A DNA stretch of 64,000 nucleotides, taken from Verrucomicrobiota bacterium. GTDB lineage: Bacteria > Verrucomicrobiota > Verrucomicrobiia > Opitutales > UBA953. Numbering within the stretch: the stretch's first letter is position 1; each line of letters begins with the position of its first letter. A program made the translations under genes and the position numbers. Below, in pieces: positions 33,899-45,419 of the stretch. Location: assembly GCA_046052185.1 (NCBI GenBank), contig JBJOMV010000002.1:5550-69549 (forward strand). The letters are read 5' to 3'. The notes beneath the pieces are model-generated. The model made no database searches, was not told where the DNA came from, and worked only from the letters and a program-made list of their open reading frames with translations.

Positions 33899-36800
33899 TT
33901 ACTTGGTGATCGGCTGGGAGATCCGCAGGTAGGCGAAGAGGTCGCGGAGCTGCTGGTCCGTCATCCCATCCAGCAGGCCTTCGGGCATCAGGCTGCGCCC
34001 CATCGGCGTGAGCAGACGGATGTCCGCCTGCCGCACGGTGATGTCCTCCCCTTCCAGACCGCGCAGCACGAGGATCTGCGCGTCCCGTTCGACGAGGAAG
34101 CCGCTGAGCGACCGGCCGTCGTTCGTGGTGACGGAGAAATACTGGAAGCCTTCGCGGATCTCGGCGTTGGGATTCACGATGCTGATGAGCATCGTGCCGA
34201 GGTTGTCGCGCTGGTAGGCGGTGAGCTCCGGCCCGATGCGTCCGCCTTTGAAGAAGAGCTTATGACACGCGGCGCATTTCTCCTGGAAGAGCGCCTCCCC
34301 GGCATAGGGGTTACCCTGCCCGGCCTTGAGCTTCGCTTCGACGTCGGCGATCTTGGCGATGAAGTCCGTGACGCCGGCCGCCGGCTTTTCCGGGTAGAGT
34401 TCCGTCAGCAGCACCTGCACCTGCTTGGGCTCATGCTGCCGCATGCGTTCGATCATGTCGCGCGGTACGGTGTTCGCGGCGATCCGGCCCGACTTCACGG
34501 CCTCCAGCAGCTGCTGCGACCACTCCGCGCGGCTGGCGAGCAAGGCCAGCGCGGTGAGACGCACCTCGCCGGCACCCTGCTCGACGATCGACACCGCCTG
34601 GGCGCCGACCTCGGGCTGGCCGTAGGACATGAGCGAGATGAGGGCGGCCTTACGCAAAGGCGCGCCTTCGGCAGAGCCGGCGAGGGCGAGCAAGGTGGCC
34701 TGCGCCTCGGGCTGCCGGACTTCGCCGAAGACCCTGACCTGGTTCAGCCGTTCGGTCGGGTCCGCTTTCTTGTTCACGATGAGCGCGAGCGATTCCTTGG
34801 TCGCGACGGCGTCGCCCTGACGGACGCGCAAGATCAACGGCGCCTTGCCGGACGCAGCCATGGCTTGGAGCAGTTCGTCCGGCAGGCCGGCGAGTTCACG
34901 TCCACGGTAGGCTTCCTCGAAGCCTTTCATGAGGTGGACGGTATGCGCGGGCGTCGGGGCGAGACGCAGGAGCTGCGCGCAGACGAGCAGGTCGGCCCGG
35001 CGGCCTTCCGTCGCGAAGCGGCGCATGAGTCGTGGCAGCAGATGCTGCTGGACCAAGGGGCGCTCCCAGACCGCCGGATCCTTCACGAAGCCCACGACGG
35101 CCTCGCGGTCGATCGTCACATGGGATTCCAGCGCGAACCAGAGCAGCAACGGGATATAGGCGTCATCGGCGTCCTCATCCCGGGACGCCAGAGCCGTGAC
35201 CAGCGCGAGCATCTGCGACGTCGGCAGACGACGAGCCGAGGAGGCGAACTGCGAACGAACCTCCGCGTCGGTTTCGACTTTGGCGCGGGCGAGCACGGCG
35301 GCGAAGACTTCCGGCGGCAAATCACGGGCCCCTTTGGCGCCCACCCCGGGGACGCCGAGGCCGCGGTTGACGCCATACTTATCGCCGAGGAAGCGCATGG
35401 CCCAGAAGCGCACCGGCGCGTAGGCATGCGTGAGCGCGGCGACGGCCTTCGCGTCCGTGAGGGCGTCGACCTGAGACAGCGCCCAGAGCGCGCCCAGAGC
35501 CCCGCGGCCCTGGTCAGCGGCCAGCAGCGCATCCAATGGCGAGATCGCCGCCGGGTCCCGGCGTTCGGCCAGCAGCTGGAGCGAAGCCGTACGGTGGAAC
35601 TTATTAGGATGGCCGAGCAAAGCCACGAGCTGGGCGGTCGTCTTGCCCTCCAGATTCGTATCGGTCTCCAGTTTGGCGTCCCGGTCGCGGAGGCGATACA
35701 GGCGGCCCGTCGTCGGATCGATCTGGTTCTGGTAATGCTGGCCGTGCGCGATGTAGTATTCGTACATGTCGCTCACGAAAAGCGAGCCGTCAGGAGCGTT
35801 GGCGCTGTAGAGCGGCCGGAAGCCGACGTCTTCGGACCACATCGCGATGCCCTTGTCGGTCGTCACATAGGTCGCGCCTTTCGGGATGCGTTCCGAGTCC
35901 GTCACGGTGTTATGCAGCGGATCGAGCGAGAAGAGATGGCCCTGATACTTCGAGGCCAGCGCCGTTCCTTCGATGAAAGTGCCGAAGTGGGCGAAACGCG
36001 GGACCTTCGTCAGCGTGCCGAGGATCGGCAGCTGCCCGAAAGAATAGGGCGTGCGCGGCGGGCCGAACTTGCCGGGATCGACGCCCTGCTTGAGGTAGAT
36101 GCCGCCTTGGACGTAGTGCCAGCCGCGGGTGGTGCCGCCGTTGTGGCCGGAATACATCCGGCCGTCGCCGTCGAACTCGAGTCCGAAGGGATTGCCCGAG
36201 CCTTCGCTGAAGATATCGTATTCGCGCGTCTTCGGATGGTAGCGCCAGACCATGCAGCCTTCGAAGTGGACCGGGGCGGCGTCCGCGGAATCGAAACCGG
36301 GGCGCACCACGCGGGAGGACGACGTGCTGCCGTGCACGCCGTAGAGCCAGCCGTCAGGACCCAGGATGAGGCCGTTGCCGACCGAGTGCGTGTCCTCGAG
36401 GCCGAAGCCGGAGAGATGCACCACCGGCGGTCCGTCCGGAACGTCGTCGCCGTTCGCATCGGGGTAGAACAGCAGGTAAGGCGGATTCATCACCCAGACG
36501 CCGCCGTGGGCGCGCACGGCGGAATTGGCCATATTGAGCCCATCCTGGAAGACCGTGTGCTTATCGTAGACCCCGTCGCGCTTGGTCGACTCATGGATCG
36601 AGACGATGTCGGCGCCGCGGTCATGATGAGGCGGAGGGGGCGGCACGCGGTCGTAGTGCGACCGATAATACTTGTCGCGGCTGATCATGTTCACGCCCGC
36701 CGGATAGGGATATTGGCGATATTGCGTGACCCAGAGCCGGCCGCGGGTGTCGAAACTGAAGTGCGTCGGCTGGGCGATCCGCGGCTCCGAGAGCAGGAGA

Positions 36801-37432
36801 TCCACCGCGAGGTCGGGCGTCGCGCGCATCTTGGCGTAGGCGTCGGCCGGTGACAGCGTGGGGCCGTGGAACTGCTCGGCGCGGCCGAGGACGCGGTTGG
36901 ATTCGCGGAACTTGGCGAACGACGAAGACGTCGGCCGGACCTTGAGCGAAGCCCCGGGGACGAGCGGCGTCGCGGAATACTCCCACGCGCCTTCGAGGAC
37001 GCACTCCATGAAATAGTTCATGATGAACGGGGCCTCGCCGAGGAAGCCGCCCTTCCCCTCCGGCTGCTGGACGTGGAAGACGATCTCGTTCCATTCGCCC
37101 TTCTTCAGCGTACCGACCGGGACCTTATGACGGAAGACTTCCTTCCGGGCGCTTCTGTAGCCGGGTGCGAACGCGCCGCCCGCGCCGACCTTCACGCCGT
37201 TGACGAAGACCTCGTGCGCGCCCTCGAGATCGCGGAAGTGCACGCCGACCGATTCCTCGAAGAGATCACGCTCGTGCTTGGCGAAGAACGAATCGTCGAC
37301 CTTGACCCAGGTCCGCAGCCAGAAGTCGGGCGCGCGGTCGCCGGACGACGGGACCGGCGCGAGGGATTGCGCGGAGGCGCGCGCGACGCCCAGCGCGGCG
37401 AAGCACCAGAACAAGCACAGACGGAGGGACAT
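33899..37432 (-). CDS. large PVC-type secreted protein: dehydrogenase-like beta-propeller, HEAT repeats and C-terminal CxxCH heme-binding domain
   Basis: 1177 aa with a signal peptide and a C-terminal CAACH motif. The architecture resembles the TIGR02604/TIGR02603 domain proteins of Planctomycetes and Verrucomicrobia. Confidence 0.8.
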   Translation of the reverse strand: MSLRLCLFWCFAALGVARASAQSLAPVPSSGDRAPDFWLRTWVKVDDSFFAKHERDLFEESVGVHFRDLEGAHEVFVNGVKVGAGGAFAPGYRSARKEVFRHKVPVGTLKKGEWNEIVFHVQQPEGKGGFLGEAPFIMNYFMECVLEGAWEYSATPLVPGASLKVRPTSSSFAKFRESNRVLGRAEQFHGPTLSPADAYAKMRATPDLAVDLLLSEPRIAQPTHFSFDTRGRLWVTQYRQYPYPAGVNMISRDKYYRSHYDRVPPPPPHHDRGADIVSIHESTKRDGVYDKHTVFQDGLNMANSAVRAHGGVWVMNPPYLLFYPDANGDDVPDGPPVVHLSGFGLEDTHSVGNGLILGPDGWLYGVHGSTSSSRVVRPGFDSADAAPVHFEGCMVWRYHPKTREYDIFSEGSGNPFGLEFDGDGRMYSGHNGGTTRGWHYVQGGIYLKQGVDPGKFGPPRTPYSFGQLPILGTLTKVPRFAHFGTFIEGTALASKYQGHLFSLDPLHNTVTDSERIPKGATYVTTDKGIAMWSEDVGFRPLYSANAPDGSLFVSDMYEYYIAHGQHYQNQIDPTTGRLYRLRDRDAKLETDTNLEGKTTAQLVALLGHPNKFHRTASLQLLAERRDPAAISPLDALLAADQGRGALGALWALSQVDALTDAKAVAALTHAYAPVRFWAMRFLGDKYGVNRGLGVPGVGAKGARDLPPEVFAAVLARAKVETDAEVRSQFASSARRLPTSQMLALVTALASRDEDADDAYIPLLLWFALESHVTIDREAVVGFVKDPAVWERPLVQQHLLPRLMRRFATEGRRADLLVCAQLLRLAPTPAHTVHLMKGFEEAYRGRELAGLPDELLQAMAASGKAPLILRVRQGDAVATKESLALIVNKKADPTERLNQVRVFGEVRQPEAQATLLALAGSAEGAPLRKAALISLMSYGQPEVGAQAVSIVEQGAGEVRLTALALLASRAEWSQQLLEAVKSGRIAANTVPRDMIERMRQHEPKQVQVLLTELYPEKPAAGVTDFIAKIADVEAKLKAGQGNPYAGEALFQEKCAACHKLFFKGGRIGPELTAYQRDNLGTMLISIVNPNAEIREGFQYFSVTTNDGRSLSGFLVERDAQILVLRGLEGEDITVRQADIRLLTPMGRSLMPEGLLDGMTDQQLRDLFAYLRISQPITK

Positions 37433-37610
37433 GGGGCTGAGGATGAGACAAGCGAAGCGGGCGTCGGTCGCAATCTTCGGCGAGCCTCAGGCGCGGATAT
37501 TCGTAATATCTTCCGATATGACGGAAGTCCCGCATGACCGCCGGGCGCTATGACGCACCGCCCGGACAATTAGGCTGGAAGCAGCCTGCCCTTCGGGCAT
37601 TCATCCGCGC

Positions 37611-38411
37611 ATGCTCGGAGCCATCGCCGGCGACATCATCGGATCGGTCCACGAATTCAGCCGTAACGAAGACGCGGGCTTCCCGCTCTTCGCCGAGAAG
37701 TCCTGCCCGACCGACGACTCGCTGCTCACCTGGGCGGTGGCGGAGACGATCCTCCGCGGCGAAAAGGACTACAAGCCACGGCTCGTCGGCATGGTCAGCT
37801 ACTACGAAAAGAACGGCCACCTCGCGCCGCTATCGGCGGCCTTCGGCGGCGGCTTCCTCGGCTGGGTCTACGAGGGCGCGCCCGGAGAAAGGGATTCCTT
37901 CGGCAACGGCTCCGCCATGCGCGTCTCTCCCGTGGCGTGGGCGTTCGACGACCTCGAGACCGTGCTCGAACACGCCACGCTCAGCGCCCGCCCCTCGCAC
38001 GCCCACCCCGAAGGCATCAAGGGCGCCCAGGCGGTCGCGGCGGCCATTTGGACGGCCCGCAAGTATCGCAACCCCGACGCCGTCCGCGCCGTGGCCGAAA
38101 GCTTCTACGGCCCCCTGCCTGAGCTGGCGGAGATCCGGAAGACCCACGCCTATAACGAGACCTGCCAAGGCTGCGTACCCGAATGCCTGGCCATCGCCGT
38201 CGGGACGGCCGACTATGAGTCCGCGGTGCGCTTCGCCTCCTCCATCCGCGGGGATGCCGATACCCTCGCCGCCATCACCGGTTCGGTCAGCCAAGCCCTC
38301 TGGGGGCTGCCCAAGGCCATCCGGGAGCAGTCCCTGGCCATCGCTGCCCGTTGCTACCCTGGGATGGAGCGGACGATAGCTGAATTCGAGGCCAGGTTCG
38401 GCGGATTTTGA
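37611..38411 (+). CDS. ADP-ribosylglycohydrolase family protein
   Basis: 266 aa. MLGAIAGDIIGS...CPTDDSLLT...GNGSAMRVSP...GDADTLAAITGS are typical ARH/DraG family blocks. Confidence 0.85.
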   Translation: MLGAIAGDIIGSVHEFSRNEDAGFPLFAEKSCPTDDSLLTWAVAETILRGEKDYKPRLVGMVSYYEKNGHLAPLSAAFGGGFLGWVYEGAPGERDSFGNGSAMRVSPVAWAFDDLETVLEHATLSARPSHAHPEGIKGAQAVAAAIWTARKYRNPDAVRAVAESFYGPLPELAEIRKTHAYNETCQGCVPECLAIAVGTADYESAVRFASSIRGDADTLAAITGSVSQALWGLPKAIREQSLAIAARCYPGMERTIAEFEARFGGF

Positions 38412-38447
38412 GGATTATATGGCCTTTTGGCCTGCCGGCTTGACAGT

Positions 38448-38474
38448 GAACAAGTTTTCATCGAACATGCGTTC
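38448..38474 (+). promoter_or_regulatory. two tandem GAAC-N4-(G/T)TTC palindromes (candidate LexA operators) downstream of a TTGACA box
   Basis: GAACAAGTTTTC (38448-38459) and GAACATGCGTTC (38463-38474) lie just 5' of the lexA ATG (38478). TTGACA is at 38440-38445. Confidence 0.55.
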
Positions 38475-38477
38475 ACT

Positions 38478-39137
38478 ATGGAAGAACTGACCAAGAAGCA
38501 GCGGGCCATCCTCGACTACATGAAGGCCCACGTGTCCGAGCACTCCTACTGGCCGAGCATCCGCGACATCCAGGCCAAGTTCCGCTTCGCCTCCACCAAC
38601 GGCGTCTACGGCCACCTCCAGGCCCTCGAGCGCAAGGGCGTCCTCCAGCGCATCCCCGGCGCGGCCCGCGCCTACAAGATCGTCCCGGAAGTCCTCGGCG
38701 ACACCTCCGAGACCGTCATTCGCTACGAAGGCCCCGGCGACGACGCCATCCCCTTCGAAAACGTCAAGTTCGCCGGCTCCATCGCCGCCGGCTTCCCCGA
38801 CTACACCGAGTCCTCAGGCGTCCTGGACTCGATGCAGGTCCCCCTCTCGCCCAGCGCCCGTCGTCGCGCTCCGGAATCCTTCGCCCTCCGCGTCCGCGGC
38901 GACTCCATGATCGACGCCGACATCAACGACGGCGACACCGTCATCGTCGAACCCGGCACGCCGAAGCACGGTGACATCGTCGCCGCCCTCATCGACGGCG
39001 AGACGACCCTCAAGCGCCTCATCAAGCAGGGCTCGAAAGTCTACCTCAAGGCCGAGAACCAGAATTACCCTGACCTCATCCCGACCAGCTCCCTGACGAT
39101 CCAGGGCATCGCGAAGTCGGTGATGAAGCGGATCTGA
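38478..39137 (+). CDS. lexA: LexA repressor
   Basis: Start chosen at MEELTKKQRAILDYM. It has a winged-HTH N-terminus and an S24 peptidase C-terminus (VRGDSMIDADINDGDTVIV...TLKRL). Confidence 0.9.
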   Translation: MEELTKKQRAILDYMKAHVSEHSYWPSIRDIQAKFRFASTNGVYGHLQALERKGVLQRIPGAARAYKIVPEVLGDTSETVIRYEGPGDDAIPFENVKFAGSIAAGFPDYTESSGVLDSMQVPLSPSARRRAPESFALRVRGDSMIDADINDGDTVIVEPGTPKHGDIVAALIDGETTLKRLIKQGSKVYLKAENQNYPDLIPTSSLTIQGIAKSVMKRI

Positions 39138-39153
39138 AGCGGCGCCCCGCCCT

Positions 39154-40119
39154 TCAGAGCGACCAAGCCTTGAGCTGGGCGTCGATGGCGGCGCCCATGA
39201 CTTCGTATCCCTTGTTCGTGGGATGGAGGTAGTCGTTCATGGTCTCCTTCAGGATGCTGCCGTCGGCTTCGACGAGCTTGTCCGTCAGGTCGAGATAAGC
39301 GTCGGCGATCTGCGGGGCCTGCGCCTTGAGCAGCACGTTCGTATCCGTCACGCGCTGGCGGGTGGCGTCCGGCTTGGCCTGGCGTGGCAGGATGGCCAGC
39401 AGCATGATCTTGGCCTGCGGGGCCTGACGACGGAGCTCGCGGCAGACCTCGGCCACGCCTTCGGCCGTCTGGGCGGGAGGATTGAAGCCGGAGAGATTAT
39501 TCGTCCCGATGAGCACGACGAAGGCCTTAGGCTTAAGACCCGCGATCTCGCCGTGTCGGAGACGCCAGAGGACGTTCTCCGTGCGGTCCCAACCGTAACC
39601 CAGGTTGATCGGATGATGCGGGGCGATCCACTTGTCCCAGGACTCCTTGCCGGCCACGCGCTTCGCCTTCGGCTCGCCCGACCAGAAATGCGTGATCGAA
39701 TCGCCGATCAACACGACGTCGGCCCGGATGGCTCCAGGCTGGTTGAGCGCGAGGATCTCATCGTGTCTCACGACCCAGTCGTAGGACTTCCAATCACGAT
39801 TCTGCGTGAGCGGCACCAGGGCGGTGTTCTTCGGACCCGTGCCCGGGACTTCCTGGGTCGCGACTTGGCCGACGCGCTTATTGCCCTCGAAAGCGGCGGC
39901 CTTAACCGTGCCGCCTTCCGGCAGCTCGATCGGGGCGAGATAGACGCCCGCGGAAAAATCCGGATCCTTGCCATTAAGGGTATAGCGGACGACTTCCGTC
40001 GGAGCGTCCTTCCTGACCGTGACGGTCTGCTTGGCCTGATCGAGTTTCAGTTCAAAGGCGGCGACATACGACGCAGCCAGCACGGCCGTAAGCAAGGAGA
40101 GCAAGCGGAGGGAGCGCAT
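39154..40119 (-). CDS. secreted SGNH/GDSL esterase with an N-terminal Ig-like/chitobiase-type domain
   Basis: 321 aa with a signal peptide and a VVLIGDSITHFW block I. The LIGTNN block III is PAF-acetylhydrolase-like. Confidence 0.8.
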   Translation of the reverse strand: MRSLRLLSLLTAVLAASYVAAFELKLDQAKQTVTVRKDAPTEVVRYTLNGKDPDFSAGVYLAPIELPEGGTVKAAAFEGNKRVGQVATQEVPGTGPKNTALVPLTQNRDWKSYDWVVRHDEILALNQPGAIRADVVLIGDSITHFWSGEPKAKRVAGKESWDKWIAPHHPINLGYGWDRTENVLWRLRHGEIAGLKPKAFVVLIGTNNLSGFNPPAQTAEGVAEVCRELRRQAPQAKIMLLAILPRQAKPDATRQRVTDTNVLLKAQAPQIADAYLDLTDKLVEADGSILKETMNDYLHPTNKGYEVMGAAIDAQLKAWSL

Positions 40120-40166
40120 GGGGGTGAGGCCAACGTGCCCAAGCCTCCCATCGGTGGCAACGCAAA

Positions 40167-41009
40167 CTAGGCCTGCTTCCTCAGCACCAGCAGGACATCC
40201 GAATACTCCATATCGATCTTACGCGTCGAGGAGAGGTCGTAGTGAAAATCATGGCAGACGACCAACTTCAACGAAGGGACCTTGGCCAGCAGGCCCTTCA
40301 GCTCGGCCGGAGAATAGGTGCGGAAATCCCACAGGGTCTCCTCGATACGGGTCTTTCCCTTCTCCGTGATACGCATGCGCGTACGCATGGCTTCCGTGCG
40401 GGACTTGCGGTCGGCCGGGGCCGACCAGGTGTCGCTGACCACGCGGATGCCGGGCTTACGGCCGATCCAGCGCTCATGGTCGGGCGGGCTGTTCCTGTAA
40501 TCGGTCAGATGCAGGCCGAGGAGCAGCAGCCCTCCGGGACGCAGCGCCGCAGCCATCCGACGCAGAGCGCTGACCGCGCCGGCTTCGGTGTCGACGTATT
40601 TGAAGGTGCTGACGAAGCAATGGGCGACGTCATAGCGGGCGCCCTTCGGCACCGTGAAGTCCTGCAGGCGGTCGCGCCATACCCTGCCCTTCAGCCCTTT
40701 GGCCTTGAGTCGGTTCTTCGCGAAGGCGACCTGATGCTTGTTCAGGTCGAAGCCGTGGACGACATGTCCGCGGGCGGCCAAGGACTCCAGCAGACGCCCG
40801 GAACCGCAGGCCGGTTCGAAGACGCGCATCGGTCCGGCGAGCTTCGGCCCATGCCGCTCCATGATGCCCTCGATGAAGCGCGTCTCCTTCTTCGTGTAAT
40901 CCGCATACACCATGTCGTAGTACGACGGAGAGTCATACCAGGCGGTGGAGGATTGTTTAGGAGATGACAAAGGTGTCAGCGGTTGTCGGTTAGAGGTCGG
41001 AAACGGCAA
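40167..41009 (-). CDS. class I SAM-dependent methyltransferase
   Basis: 280 aa. VFEPACGSGRL is motif I, with a downstream acidic residue (HGFDL). Confidence 0.8.
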   Translation of the reverse strand: MPFPTSNRQPLTPLSSPKQSSTAWYDSPSYYDMVYADYTKKETRFIEGIMERHGPKLAGPMRVFEPACGSGRLLESLAARGHVVHGFDLNKHQVAFAKNRLKAKGLKGRVWRDRLQDFTVPKGARYDVAHCFVSTFKYVDTEAGAVSALRRMAAALRPGGLLLLGLHLTDYRNSPPDHERWIGRKPGIRVVSDTWSAPADRKSRTEAMRTRMRITEKGKTRIEETLWDFRTYSPAELKGLLAKVPSLKLVVCHDFHYDLSSTRKIDMEYSDVLLVLRKQA

Positions 41010-41069
41010 GAGTTATGGCGGGGGATTCACCCCAAACGCCAACCGCTTACCGCTAGCCGCTAAAACCCT

Positions 41070-43163
<2,094 letters not shown>

Positions 43164-43247
43164 TTATGAAGGTCGAAAGCCCCCAAGTAGCAAGACCTTG
43201 CTCGGGAAACGCTCGCCCTCGGTCCCGCTTTCGGCGATAGCCTCCGC

Positions 43248-43601
43248 ATGGAACCCCCTACCCTGCCCGCCGACCCTGTCCCGAACCAGGACGAGAAGAA
43301 CCTGGCCCTGATCATGCATGTACTGAGCTTGGTCGGCTTCAGCCTCATCGGCCCCCTCATCGTCTGGCTCGTGAAGAAGGATGAGAGCGCGTTCATCAAC
43401 GCCCAAGGCCGCGAACTGCTGAACTTCCAGATCAGCTTCCTCATCTATGCCATCGTCTGCATCCCCCTCTGCTTCGTGCTCATCGGGATCCCGCTCCTCA
43501 TCGTCGTCGGAATCGCCTCCTTCATCCTGACGATCATCGGTCTCGTGAAGGCCACCGAAGGGAAAATCTACCGCTTCCCGGCGACGATCAAGATCCTCTG
43601 A
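43248..43601 (+). CDS. DUF4870 family small membrane protein
   Basis: 117 aa. NLALIMHVLSLVGF...IVWLVKKDES.FINAQGRELLNFQISFLIY is typical of this family. Confidence 0.75.
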   Translation: MEPPTLPADPVPNQDEKNLALIMHVLSLVGFSLIGPLIVWLVKKDESAFINAQGRELLNFQISFLIYAIVCIPLCFVLIGIPLLIVVGIASFILTIIGLVKATEGKIYRFPATIKIL

Positions 43602-43627
43602 GACGCGTCAGCGTCCGCCAAAAGGAA

Positions 43628-43653
43628 GGGCCCGACACACGTCGGGCCCTTTT
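43628..43653. terminator. bidirectional intrinsic terminator between convergent genes
   Basis: AAAAGGAA-GGGCCCGAC-ACAC-GTCGGGCCC-TTTT, between DUF4870 (+) and dnaA (-). Confidence 0.8.
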
Positions 43654-43673
43654 GCATCACTAAGCACTGAAAT

Positions 43674-45065
43674 TCAGCGGTTCATCGACAGCTGGGCGCG
43701 GAGGTACTCGACCGTGCGGCGCACGTTCGCGTCCACTTCCATCTGGTTCACGACCGTCTTGCGGGCGTGGATGACCGTCCCGTGGTCGCGACCGCCGAAA
43801 GCCTGGCCGATCGACACGAGGGACATGCCGGTGAGCTGGGTGGCGAGGTACATGGCGACCTGACGAGGGAAGGCGATGTTCTGCATCCGGCGCTTGGACG
43901 TCATGTCCGACATCTGGATGCGGTAGTGCTCGGCGACCTTACGCTGGATGACTTCGGCCGTGAGGGTGTGGCTGGCTTCTTCGACGAGGATGTCGTGGAG
44001 GAGCTTCTCGACCTGGGCGAGCTCGAGGGGCTTGCGGGTCATGCCCACGAGGCCGACGATGCGGGTGACGGCGCCTTCGAGGTTGCGGACGTTGCGGGCG
44101 ATGCGGGACGCGATGAATTCGGCGATCTCCGGCTGGAGGTCGAGGCCGCGGGCGGCGGCCTTCTTGCGCAGGATGGCGATGCGGGTCTCGAGGCCCGGGG
44201 CCTGGATGGAGCAGACCATGCCCCACTGGAAGCGGGAGACGAGGCGTTCCTGGAGCTTCGCGATCTCGGAAGCCGGACGGTCGCTGGTCAGGACGACCTG
44301 CTTATGGTTGTTGTGCAGCTCGTTGAAGGTATGGAAGAACTCGTCCTGGGTGGACTCCTTGCCGGCGAGGAAGTGGATGTCGTCGATCAGGAGCAGGTCG
44401 AGCTCGCGGTAGCGGCGACGGAACGAAGCGACGTTACCGGCCTGGAGCGCCTGGATGAAGTCGTTGGTGAAGGTCTCGGAAGAGATGTAGGCGATGCGGG
44501 CCTGCGGGTTGGCGGCGTAGACCGAATGCGCGATGGCGTGCATCAGGTGGGTCTTGCCCAGGCCGGTCGGGCCGTGGATGAAGAGCGGGTTGTAGTAGTG
44601 GCCGGGCTCCTTGGCGACGGCGAGCGAAGCGCCATGGGCCATCTCGTTCTCCGGACCGACGATGAAGTTCTCGAAAGTGTTGGTGGCCTTGATCGCCGGA
44701 GCCGGCGAAGAAGCGGCCTGACGCGAAGCACGGGCGACCGGAGCCGGGGCCGGGGCGACCTCGCGGGCGGCGTCGACGGAAGCCGTCAGGCGGTAGTCCA
44801 TGTTACGACCGGCGACCAGCGTGAGCTGGCGGCGGAGCATCTCGGCGTAGTTGCTGTTGACCCAGGCTTCGGTGAGGACCGACGGAGCTTCCAGGACGAG
44901 GACTTTGCCTTCGACGATGCTGACCGGCTGCAGGGAAGAGATCCAGGTTTCGAAGTCGGCGCGAGGAAGGGCGTTACGGAGTTCGCTTTTGGCGGTTTCC
45001 CAAAGGGAGAGGTGGCTGACAGAAGAGGACATGAGAAAGGGGGAGGGTTGAGAAAGGTTGTTCAC
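43674..45065 (-). CDS. dnaA: chromosomal replication initiator protein DnaA
   Basis: 463 aa with AAA+ Walker A (GPTGLGKTHL), box VII, and the C-terminal DNA-binding helix (RDHGTVIHARKTV). Confidence 0.95.
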   Translation of the reverse strand: MNNLSQPSPFLMSSSVSHLSLWETAKSELRNALPRADFETWISSLQPVSIVEGKVLVLEAPSVLTEAWVNSNYAEMLRRQLTLVAGRNMDYRLTASVDAAREVAPAPAPVARASRQAASSPAPAIKATNTFENFIVGPENEMAHGASLAVAKEPGHYYNPLFIHGPTGLGKTHLMHAIAHSVYAANPQARIAYISSETFTNDFIQALQAGNVASFRRRYRELDLLLIDDIHFLAGKESTQDEFFHTFNELHNNHKQVVLTSDRPASEIAKLQERLVSRFQWGMVCSIQAPGLETRIAILRKKAAARGLDLQPEIAEFIASRIARNVRNLEGAVTRIVGLVGMTRKPLELAQVEKLLHDILVEEASHTLTAEVIQRKVAEHYRIQMSDMTSKRRMQNIAFPRQVAMYLATQLTGMSLVSIGQAFGGRDHGTVIHARKTVVNQMEVDANVRRTVEYLRAQLSMNR

Positions 45066-45419
45066 AGGCTCTTTGGAAGCCCGAAAGTGAGGTATTTTTG
45101 TAAAACAATCGTCAAGAAGACGGACTCGACTCTTTGGCTGCTTCTGTGCCAGTTTGGGGACAGAAGAGAATGACGCCGTAAGTCGTTGATGAAAGGTGGT
45201 TTGGAAGGGTTAAAAGGGATTCCTTCGTTTAGGGTCCGGAGAAGAGGCCGGCGACGATCCGAGGGGTGCGAATCGAGACGCTTTTGTGAAGGCTCGGAGA
45301 CGTGGGACAAGTGCAAGCCCTGCACAGGTTATTAACAGCCCCCCTGTAGATAAGAATGTGAGGTTTCTGTTGCACGCCCGTCACACGTTCATCGTTCCCC
45401 TGTGAATAGGGGTTTTAAT
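45066..45419. other. 354-bp non-coding region upstream of dnaA: dnaA promoter and candidate oriC
   Basis: This is the largest native non-coding stretch in the window and is locally AT-richer. DnaA-box-like 9-mers: TGTAGATAA (45345-45353, 1 mismatch), TTATTAACA (45329-45337, 2 mismatches), TGTGAATAG (45401-45409, 2 mismatches). There is an AT tract GTATTTTTGTAAAACAAT (45101-45118). Confidence 0.35.

Noticed and set aside
45062-45325. 87-aa ORF (-) and an SRP-RNA-like GGUCCGGAG motif (about 45232-45240) in the dnaA upstream region
   Set aside because: The ORF has odd composition, has no start context, and runs from 3 nt inside the dnaA start codon through the rest of the dnaA upstream region. 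The SRP resemblance is limited to GGUCCGGA, without the GGAA tetraloop helix or the conserved flanking AGCAGCC pairing.
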